In this document: piece after piece, positions 25,287 to 35,028 of the stretch
Position numbering within the stretch: the stretch's first letter is position 1
Layout of the letters: every line of letters begins with the position of its first letter
Assembly: GCF_036365525.1 (NCBI RefSeq)
Contig: NC_090392.1
Coordinates: 58,033,247 to 58,097,246 of the forward strand
DNA from: Heterodontus francisci
Lineage: Eukaryota
DNA length: 64,000 nt
Reading direction: 5' to 3'
Program-made: the position numbers and the translations under genes
Notes under the pieces: generated by a model
Told to the model about the DNA's origin: nothing
Database searches by the model: none
The model's input: only the letters and a program-made list of their open reading frames with translations

Positions 25287-25388
25287 GTCCTTTGTTGCTT
25301 CCCATTCTAGTTCTACTCATTGCTGTCACTGGATTCATCGCTGTGGCAACAATATACTTTTGTCTGATTTGGAAGAAGCAATTTAAAG
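25287..25388 (+). CDS. IgSF receptor exon 5: transmembrane segment (G)PLLLPILVLLIAVTGFIAVATIYFCLIWKKQFK
   Basis: Acceptor TTACTTCTTTCACAG and donor G|GTAAAA, phase 1/1. Uncharged hydrophobic stretch followed by basic stop-transfer residues. Confidence 0.9.
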
Positions 25389-26077
25389 GTAAAACTTGAA
25401 ATAAGTCATTGGTTGTAGGTGTTAACCTTAGCATTGACATCAATAGCGAGCTGTAAAATGATGTGGTTTTCACTAGCCGGTGTGATTATACAGCCCTTTG
25501 CAATGATGTGTAAGTGTTCTTGCTTGTCAGATTATTTTCATGTTCCAGTCTTTCACTGTTATATAGGCTGTTCATGCCAACTAGGGCATTAGAGCAGATC
25601 ATTTTAAACATTCCAAATTTCATCACTTGTGTTCTGAATGTTATACCAGAATGATGTTTTGCTATGCCAGAAAATTAAGTAACACAATGAGTTGTTGATA
25701 AAGACAAAACTATTATATTATTTTTGCAACAAATATGTAACCAACATTTTTTATTAGTTACCAAATGGCAAATATATAGCAGTCATGGTTAGACTAGAAT
25801 ACAAGAGGTAAAAGGAACTATCCTCCAATATTTCTATTGCAGTAGTATTTTCCAATATTTGACTAGAAATGGCAATATATTGAAAATAAAGATAAACAAA
25901 TCAAAGGGACCTGAAGGCTCACATATCTGAAGGAAGCTGCAAAAGTTATATAAAAGGCTTTGACAATTTTCTAATCTCATTGGTAAAGAAAATTGAGCCA
26001 GGTGAATGGAGGGTGACAAAAGAAATACCATTCTTCAAAATGGAGATAAACCTGGAGACCAGTTATGCTTATTTCAG

Positions 26078-26112
26078 ATTTCCAGCATCCGCAGTATTTT
26101 GCTTTTATTTTA
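26078..26112 (+). mobile_element. 35-bp PLE 3'-tip insertion
   Basis: ATTTCCAGCATCCGCAGTATTTTGCTTTTATT flanked by ATGCTTATTTCAG at 26065-26077 and 26113-26125. Confidence 0.7.
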
Positions 26113-26729
26113 ATGCTTATTTCAGTTGTTAGTAAACTACTAGAATGCATAACACAGGATAAAATTACGAACAGGAGTTAACCAGGGCCAGTTGACACAG
26201 ATTTCTAAAAAGACTGGCTTTGTTTCGATGGATATAAGTTATATTTATTTTCAAAAAGCATTTGTTAAGCTGTTTCAAGAGCTTTGTGACAAAGGCAATG
26301 TAATTAGCTAGAAGGATTGTCGAAGAGCAGAAAGCAAAGGATAGTGATAAAAGGCAGTTTCTTGGACTGGAACATTTTTCGGTGACTGGTATTCCATAGA
26401 GATCTGTATTGGTTCACTATATATATGTGTATATAAATGATCTGGTTTCAGGAATTGAGGAATGAATATCAAAATTAGTTGATCATGTAGAATTGGAAGA
26501 TAGGCAAATTGTGATCAGCAGTCTGAAACACTGCAGACGATAGGCTTACACTATTGGAACATAGATGATAGATGCAACTCAATGCAGAAAAATATGATTT
26601 GATACATTTTTGAAGTAAAAATAGAGACTTTTTATGAGAATATTTTAGATTAGAGGAACAAAGCAACCTTGGTGTGCAGATACACAAATAATTTAAACCA
26701 CAAGCAGATAAGACCAAACAACTGTAAAT

Positions 26730-27016
26730 TACTATTAACACTCCCTTTGCTTTTGTTCCATGACACCTCTGTCATTTAATCTCCCCTGCCCTCCACCCTA
26801 TCACACACATTCCCTTTTGTTCTTCTTCCTCTCTCCCCACCTTTCACTTGCACAAAGCCTATTCTATTTCTAACTTTTGCCAGTTCTGATGAAAGGTCAC
26901 AGACCTAAAATGTGAACTGTTTCTCTATCCACAGATGCTGCCAGACCTGCTGAGTATTTCCAGCACTTTCTGTTTTTATTTCAGATTTCCAGCATCCACA
27001 ATATTTTGCTTTTATA
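26730..27016 (+). mobile_element. PLE terminal fragment with degenerate hammerhead (~26882-26918)
   Basis: CAGTTCTGATGAAAGGTCACAGACCTAAAATGTGAACTG...ATATTTTGCTTTTAT. Confidence 0.75.
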
Positions 27017-27314
27017 TGACTGTAAACGGAATACTTGCTTTTGTATCTGGAGGCATAGAATAAAAAAAAGAGAATGTTGGACTGGTTAGCTTGGCAGAGG
27101 TTAAATAGAGTGTTGTGTGTAGATTTGGGCTCTGCATTAGAGGAAGCGCAGAAACAGCAGTAGAAGAGGTGCAGCTCGGATTCACTGGGATGTTATTGAG
27201 AATGAGGAGTTACCGTTATGAAGAGACTTAAGAAGATGAAGTGTTTTTGACTGGAATTGAGAAGGTTAAGGTTGTCCTGAAAGAGGTTTATGGTCAGCTA
27301 AATAATGAGAGATT

Positions 27315-28057
27315 GGTTGGAATTTTACAGGCCCTTTGGGGATGGGCTCAGAGGCAGGAAGGCTGGCAAAATGGTGTGGGAAGGCATCGGGGGTAGGGGT
27401 GCCCAACATCTTCCCGTCACCATGCCATTTTGCCAGCAGCAGGAAAGTTGCCTGGTAGGCTGCCCAGCAGGAGGCTAATTATGCCAGTTCAGTGGCCAAT
27501 TGAGGGCCACTTCCTGTCTCGACAGGCATTTTGCCTGTGTTGGGAGGAGGGGCCTTCACCTCATGGGGAGACCACCCAGTGACACCTGGCAGCCGCCTAG
27601 CCAGCTCCGGAGTGGGGTGGGAGGGGTGGCCTCCTTTGTGGACACGCCATGACCCATGGAGGACCTCTACGATGGCAATGGCTGCCCTCACGACAATGGT
27701 GCCGCCTGCCCTTTGCGACCCCCACCCACTCCCCGGATCGCCCACCTCGCCGGCTACCCCAGCCCAACTTAATTGTCTTCAAGGGAGCCCTGCCATCGAG
27801 GCACCCTTTTCCTGCAGCTGCAGCCTCAGCAATGGCCACCGCTAGCACTGGCGCTGCTGAGCTCCTGGCCCTCTGATTGGGTTGGCTGCTCTTGGTGGCG
27901 GGCTGCTATTCTTGATAGGACAGCAGCCTTGCCGTCAGCCTTAATTGGCTGCCACCAGCAAAATGCGGCCCAGGATCCCATCCCCCGCTGAAATGTGATC
28001 GCCTCCCACTTTTGGCCCTGGCACTGGGACATCTGCCATCCCAGTAAAATTCAGCCC
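27315..28057. mobile_element. PIF/Harbinger-like MITE inserted in CR1
   Basis: TIRs GGTTGGAATTTTAC / GTAAAATTCAGCCC, TSD ATT/ATT. CR1 sequence resumes across the site. Confidence 0.7.
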
Positions 28058-28904
28058 ATTGTCTCAACTGTTCATGGAAGCAGTACCAAGAGGCAGAAAG
28101 TTTAAGATAATCACAAAAAAAATGAAGGGGAAGTTTTTAGAAAAAAGAATTTACACAGTGTCTGCTTCAAATGTGGAATTCTCTGCCGCAAACCATTTTT
28201 GGAATGCTTTGAAAAAGAAATTAGATAGTTGCTTGAAGAGGGGGATATTAAAGAATATGGAGGGTGAGCTGAAGAGTGGGAATCGATTATGTGGAGAAAA
28301 ATACTGGCACAAACTTAATTAGGGAATTAGCTTTTTTCTATATTGTAACACGTGATCCTTTGTAAAATCAGTATTATCTGCTTCTCAGATGAATAAATTG
28401 ATGCAGTAGAATTAAAGCTTAAATTACGCTGATGCTTCAGGAACATTTTGTTGCCGTGCTTCAGAAACTTTTTAACTGCACATTCTGCTGTGATTGTCCA
28501 TTGTTTTGTTATTGGCATCAATCTCAACTTTCCTCTAGTGTTCTTCTAAAGAAGCAAATACACTGTCCTACATGCACTTCCTGTTCTCATCACTGACAGT
28601 GTATTGAAATCATTGTATTGAAATCATTGTATTGAAACTTACCACCTCAAAACCTCAGAAATGTGGAATGCCTTACCTCCCTCTGTGTTTCCTTTCTCCC
28701 ACAATTTGCAGGCTTTTGTAACCAAAGTGTAAATGTCATCTTACCACTAATTCTTGATATTTCTCATCTTCTCTTCAACCCTTTTCAACATTAATATTGT
28801 CAGCTTGTCAAAAAAGTATAGAGGTCCAAAATGACACCAGGGTACCTCAAAATTTAAAAGCAGAGTTTAACATTGGCAGTTAGTAGTCAAACACATAACA
28901 CCTT

Positions 28905-29230
28905 TACAAAAGCAAGATATTGCAGATGCTGGAAATCTGAAATGAAAACAGAAAATGCTGGAAATACTCAGCAGACAACATCTGAGGAGGGAGAAACAGA
29001 ATTAACATTTCAGGTCAATCGCCCTTCACCAGAATTGGTAAAAGTTAGAAATGTAATAGGTTTTAAGTAGGTCAATTGAAGGAGGGTGGAAAAAAAGAAA
29101 AGGGAAGGTCAATATTAACATCTCCCCCAGACATGTCTTTTGTTTTTTTATTAGTCCCATTACCACTCCCTTTGGCTATGCACCACCAACTCTTTTGTCA
29201 TTTAATGTCTCCTATCTTCTGCCCGATCAC
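28905..29230 (-). mobile_element. Degenerate PLE fragment
   Basis: AAAAGCAAGATATTGCAGATGCTGGAAATCTGAAATGAAAACAGAAAATGCTGGAAATACTCAGCAG; mutated hammerhead at ~29000-29038. Confidence 0.7.
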
Positions 29231-29450
29231 AGACCTTCTCTTTTGTTCTCTGTAAATGATTAACTGATGGAAAACACCTACTCTGATTGAGAGACGAGAG
29301 ATTGAATCAATAAAAATAAATCATCACAACTCTACATAAAACTCTTGCATTCAGTTCTATCCTTGATAGTTTGTGCTACATAACATACTGTCAGCATAAT
29401 GTATATTCAATGGAATATAAGAATATTCTAAACAGTTGAAAATATTAAAG

Positions 29451-30487
29451 AGAAGCAGAGTTAACGTTTCGGGTCAGTGACCCTTCTTCAGAACTGACAA
29501 ATATTAGAAAAGTCACAGATTATAAGCAAGTGAGGTGGGGGTGGGGCAAGAGATAACAAAGGAGAAGGTGCAGATTGGACCAGGCCACATAGCTGACCAA
29601 AAGGTCACGGAGCAAAGGCAAACAATATGTTAATGGTGTGTTGAAAGACAAAGCATTAGTACAGATTAGGTGTAAATACACTGAATATTGAACAGCAGCA
29701 AGTGCAAACCTGAAAAAAAACAGTGGTTAAGCAAACTGAACAAACTAAGATGAAATGAAATAAATGCAAAAAAAAAAAGCATTGTAAAAAATGTAAAAAA
29801 AGAATGGGAAAAAAAAGGAAGAAAAAATAACTAAAAATGAAAGTAAAATGGGGGGCTGTCATGCTCTGAAATTATTGAACTCAATGTTCAGTCCGGAAGG
29901 CTGTAGTGTGCCTAATCGGTAGATGAGATTAGGCACACTACAGCCTGCCGGACTGAACATTGAGTTCAATAATTTCAGAGCATGACAGCCCCCCATTTTA
30001 CTTTCATTTTTAGTTATTTTTTCTTCCTTTTTTTTACATTCTTTTTTACATTTTTTACTATCTTTTTTTGCATTTATTTCATTTCATCTTAGTTTGTTCA
30101 GTTTGCTTACCCACTGTTTTTTTCAGGTTTTTTTTCAGGTTTGCACTTGCTGCTGTTCAATATTCAGTGTATTCACACCTAATCTGTACTAATGCTTTGT
30201 CTTTCAACACACCATTAACATATTGTTTGCCTTTGCTCCGTGACCTTTTGGTCAGCTATGTGGCCTGGTCCAATCTGCACCTTCTCCATTGTTATCTCTT
30301 GCCCCACCCCCACCTCACTTGTTTATAATCTGTGACTTTTCTAATATTTGTCAGTTCTGAAGAAGGGTCACTGACCCGAAACGTTAACTCTGCTTCTCTT
30401 TCCACAGATGCTGCCAGACCTGCTGAGTGATTCCAGCATTTCTTGTTTTTGTTTCAGATTTCCAGCATCCGCAGTATTTTGCTTTTA
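29451..30487. mobile_element. Young palindromic Penelope-like element insertion (arms ~29448-29917 and 29927-30400)
   Basis: Near-perfect ~470-bp inverted repeat with a 9-nt loop. The centre encodes the PLE GIY-YIG C-terminus (LIYRLGTLQPSGLNIEFNNFRA*, - strand, 29859-29926). Perfect 14-bp TSD TGAAAATATTAAAG at 29437-29450 and 30488-30501. Confidence 0.9.
30353..30389 (+). ncRNA. Minimal type I hammerhead ribozyme motif; identical mirror copy at 29459-29495 (-)
   Basis: AGTT-CTGAAGA-A-GGGTC-ACT-GACCC-GAAAC-GTT-AACT; predicted cleavage after GUU (30385). Confidence 0.78.
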
Positions 30488-30804
30488 TGAAAATATTAAA
30501 GGATTTGTGACTCACATTTACTGAAAATTAGTTGGATGTTGGTCAGGGTTAACTGAAAATGTTGATGCATTTATTACCTATGCACATGACTCATCAGCTC
30601 AAAGTGAAACAGCAATGGATATCATGTGGTATCAACTATTTTCTGGTAGATTCTTCTTGCTGATGTTTTTTTTATGGCTGTACCTCGATCTGCTGTGGCA
30701 TTATGTGAGTTCAATAGTTTTCATATTTCACTGAGGGTTGGTGTAGATGTTGTGAAGTACAAAGTATTATCGTAAGAGATGTGATTTGTGTAACAAAGGT
30801 AGGA

Positions 30805-30970
30805 ATATTTAATGGCACAGAGCTGGCAATATTTAATGGCACAGAGTGGTGAGTTTTTGCCTGATGGCACAGAGCTAGGAGTTTCTGATGGCACAGAGTT
30901 TTGAGTTGTTGTGGACATCACAGAGTTGGGAATGTCTGATAGTACAGAGCTGTGAGTATCAATGGCACAG
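30805..30970. repeat. Degenerate ~24-bp minisatellite with core ATGGCACAGAG
   Basis: About seven recurrences of (A/G)ATGGCACAGAG-like cores. Confidence 0.7.
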
Positions 30971-31169
30971 TTAAGGAAATATTACAGCAACCCTGAAACT
31001 AAATTCTGTCTTGTAAGTTCTCTGTTTTCCATTATGTAATGGTGCACGTACACTACAGCTTTTGATATCTCCGCACACAGAGTGTGTTACTACTGAATTT
31101 GTGGGTTTCACCAGAGCCACTTGGCTCCAGTCCTCATTACAGCCTTAGCCCAAACACGGCTAGGAAAGG

Positions 31170-32135
31170 GAATCAGGATCATTGGGGGTAGATGGGAGTG
31201 TGGAATTCAAAACACAATCAGATCAGCCATGATCTTATTGAATGGCGGAACAGGCTTGAGGAGCCGAATGGCCTACTTCTGCTCCTAATTCATATGTTCG
31301 CATGTTTGTATCTAAATCCAGAGGTGTGGTGAGAGTGACTGTCCTTGACATCAAGGCAGCATTTGACTGAGTGTAGCATCAAGGAGCCATTGTAAAAGTG
31401 AAGTCAACGGGAATCGGGGGAAAAATCTCGGGTGGCTGGAATCCTATCTGGCACAAAGAAAAGGTGGTTGTGTTCATTGGAGACCAATTGTCTCAGCCCC
31501 AGGACATCACTGCAGGAGTTCTTCAGGCCAGAGTCCTAGATCCAACTATCTTTAGATGTCTCATAAATGACATTCCCTCCATCATAAGGCCAGAAGTATA
31601 CCTGTACATTAATTATAGATTTCCATTCGGAATTCCTCAGATAATGAAGCAGCCCATGCCTGCACATAGCAAGGCCTGGACAACATTCAGACTTGGGCTG
31701 GTAAGAGCTAAGTGACATTCGTGCCACACAAGTGCCGGGCAATGACAATCTTCAAAAAGAGAGAGGCTATACGTCTCCCTATGACAATCAAAGCCTTTAC
31801 CATCACCAAGTCCTCTGCTATCAATATCCTCGGGAGGGGTCACCATTGACCAGAGACACAACTAGGGCACTTAAATGTCATGGCTTCTAGAACAGATCAG
31901 GGTTTGGGCATTCTGTGCCAATTGACTTACTTCCTGACTCTACCTCATGTCAGAATACTCTCCACTGGCCTTGATGAGCGCAGTGCCAGCAAAACTCAAC
32001 AAGCTCGATACTATCCAGGAGAAAGCAGTCTGCTTATTGGCACCCCATCCATCACCTCAAACATGCACTCCCTCCATCACCAATTTACCATGGTTATGGC
32101 ATGTACCATCTACAGGATGTACTGCAGCACCTTAC
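31170..32135 (+). mobile_element. CR1 3' tail (31170-31310) within or next to a decayed CR1-group RT fragment
   Basis: CAGATCAGCCATGATCTTATTGAATGGCGG tail; LDIKAAFD, QDITAGVLQARVLDPTIFRCLINDIP. Confidence 0.65.
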
Positions 32136-33368
32136 CATTTCTTTTATGTCGGCAGCTTTATATCTTTATTAATTCAGAAATATCAAGTTTAGTGATTCCT
32201 CAGTAAAGCTAACAAATTAGGATAAAAATAATAATTAAATGTTATTGATTGCCATTAACCCTAATTAATGTAATGTAATGACATTAGGGTGTTCTTAACA
32301 TTAATTCATTTCAAATGGTGATGTGTTTCCCTATGTAACATACTCACTCAGAAAAAAACAACTTTTATTCAATGAAAATCGAAACTTTCAGCAAATTAGT
32401 GTGACTCTATAGGTGAGCGACAGTGTTAAACTGATGGGAATTTTGCAGCAGTTCCTGGATAGATACCAATAAAAATTTATCATATCTTGACTCAAAGTGC
32501 GAGGTGTATTTTAATTAAAATATCATTTTCACTCTGTAAACTTTTGAAGCTGGAGGAAGTTATTTTAACAGTCATTTCTGAAGACAAGGGATCCTCCTAC
32601 GTTCCACGCACAAAACAAGGCCAAGGTTAGAGGAAATTGTGCCTGAGTTACATCAATATACAATACACGGATGTGGGCGGAAACTGTGTTCATGCTAATC
32701 TGTTAAGAGCCTTGACGTGCCACTCACAAGATATTGCCTGGAATATACTCGGGAAATATATATATATATATATTTTAAAAACTACAAATTTAATATGTAA
32801 AGCATATTCAGTTACAGTCCGTTTTTTTTTTTAATTGGCTGCTTGCTTGATAGACTCCTGCAACAAAGGAAATAGAAGTTCATTTCATAACACTTTGTGT
32901 TACTTTCAAGAGAAGCCAAAGGAATTCTTGTATTATTTCCAGAACTCAAATGTTCTTATTCAATTGGACATTTCAGTTTTGAGGATCAGTTTCACTCCTG
33001 ACCTATTGTCCCAACTTTGAAAGGATATTTTGGAATTTTGAAATGTGGAATCTTTGGCTCTCCAAGCCTCTCTCCAAAGATTCCATAGATGTCGTGCCTT
33101 CTGATTATGATCACTCTGGTGCCATTCCTTTCTGGATGAGACTGTCTACCCTACAAAACTACTGTTAGACCTGAAGAATTTCTGGCTGCCCTTATTCCCG
33201 ACCAAACAGTCTCTGGGTGCTCCTTCCTTCACCTTCCTGGGCCTCTGCGTGGTTTGTTTAAATCTGTAATGGGAGTAAAGGCCAGTGGATGACAACAGCA
33301 GGGGTTGCATCACCTATTTGTCATTAAGGCACTTTTTAAATATAATCTCTTTTTCAAGAAAACAAAAT

Positions 33369-33515
33369 GGGTTAGAAATTAATCTTGAGCAGTAGCGGCA
33401 AACAGAGGCTTTCGGATCAGCCATCCATATACTGAATATCGGGCGGGGCGAATTATGGGCAGCCGATGCAGTATCCCCCTGTTTTATGCTCCTAATCAAG
33501 ACAAATTTCTACCCC
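33369..33515. mobile_element. Short PIF/Harbinger-like MITE (147 bp)
   Basis: TIRs GGGTTAGAAATT / AATTTCTACCCC, TSD AAT/AAT. Confidence 0.6.
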
Positions 33516-34637
33516 AATGACTCTGCAACTCAGGGAAAATAAATTATAAAACATAAATGGGAATTAAAACTCCATATATAACAATGCACAGGGTTCAGGT
33601 CCTAGATTTGCTATCAAGGGAATTTATATAATATTTATCAAAGAAGTGAATCATACAATTTAATATTTTTCTGTCGAATTTGGGAAATAAATGAATAGTA
33701 TACTGAAACTCATTAATTTATCCTACAACAGCAGATTGAGATATTCAATCTTTACAGGCACCAAAAGCTAACTGTCTCCCACCTGTCATTACTGGGGCAA
33801 ATAAGGAACATTTTTCATCACAGATCAATTGTAATTAGTTCTCCAATACAAATTTTCCTTCATTCAAAAGGCTTTAGAAAGGTAAAACAGGGCAGTGTTT
33901 GAAAATTCTTGGTTTGGACACAGTAAAGTGGCACTCGTTTCCAAAGCATGGTGAAAATAAAAAGCATGTATTATAATGGTGTGGTCCGTACATTCAGTTA
34001 CATTTGTGCTTCTTTGCAATGAATGGTTATATGAAACCACTGAAAATGAATTCTGCAAAGATTGGAAAGGTCAGTAGTTTTGCTCTTGCACTTCTTATGC
34101 TTGTTACGCTTAAGCAACAATTCTATAATTTTCGGAACCGTGGTTTACTGCAGCCTTTGTAAGTAAGAAGCAGTGTGCAGTACGAGGTTGGCTATACCTT
34201 CAGCACAGTTCTGGCTGGGCACAGTAGAAATCCACAGACCTCTATCCATCAAGCTGTAAACCATTATATTTTAAACTAAACATAAACCTGTTTTTCTTTT
34301 GAAATGTTCAGTGTCCATATGTAAATGAAGATGTTTCCATCAGGAAAGTGCTTGGAGTGAGGTTTATGATCAAAGAAAGTGACAGACTGTAAATCCATTG
34401 GCACAGGGAGTGATGATTATTTTTCTGAATCAGATGAATTAGTATGGGTGACATTCAAAATTAAAAAGGGTGAATTTGACTCCTAATGATTAAGAGTAGC
34501 CAGGCCTCTTGTGTATGTCAATATTTTTACATGATTGTGGCAGTCTGTTATCACAAGTTACCAGAATGTTCCATGACTAAAATTAGTTTGAAACTAACCA
34601 ACCACTAATTATAAAGAAACCCTTGTACAAAAGAGAA

Positions 34638-35028
34638 AAAGACTTGCATTTATATAATGCTTTTCACGACCACGAGACATCTCACAGCGATGTACAGCCA
34701 ATGAAGTGTAGTCACTGCTACAATGTAGCAAACACAGCAGCCAAACTGCTCACAGCAAGGTCCCACAAGTAGGAATGTGATAATGGCCAGATAATCTGTT
34801 TTTGAGTTGCTGATTGAGAGATAAATATTGGCCAGGACACCAGGGATAACTCTGCTGTTATTCTTTGGAATAGTGCCATGGGATCTTTTATGTTCACCTA
34901 AGGCCTCCCTCAGTACTGCACTGAAGTGGCAGCCTAAGTTGTTGTGCTCAAGTCCTAGAGTGGAACTTGAACCCACAACCTACTGACTAAGAGATGAGAC
35001 TGCTACAAACTGAGATACAACTGACACT
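34638..35028 (-). mobile_element. Deu-domain-type SINE
   Basis: Reverse complement: GTGTCAGTTG...GGTTGTGGGTTCAAGTTCCACT...AAAAGATCCCATGGCACTATT...TATATAAATGCAAGTCTTT. Confidence 0.65.

Larger units (their letters stand above)
25895..28345 (+). mobile_element. Highly decayed CR1 LINE interrupted by PLE fragments and a MITE
   Basis: Residual CR1 motifs (GATAAACCTGGA...CCAGTT, TTTCAAAAAGCATTTG, ATAAATGATCTGG, RGRKFKII...WN). Confidence 0.6.

Noticed and set aside
27479-28032. Cluster of overlapping GC-rich ORFs
   Set aside because: They lie inside a MITE and have no domain motifs; GC-rich sequence gives spurious ORFs.
28600-28637. Short tandem repeat (GTATTGAAATCATT) and other microsatellites, e.g. 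(GA)n at ~36987
   Set aside because: Ordinary slippage repeats with no spacer structure; not CRISPR-like.
33758-33830. Possible exon after TTTACAG
   Set aside because: In the phase-1 frame it stops after GTKS, and the alternative frame needs an unseen exon and a weak donor.
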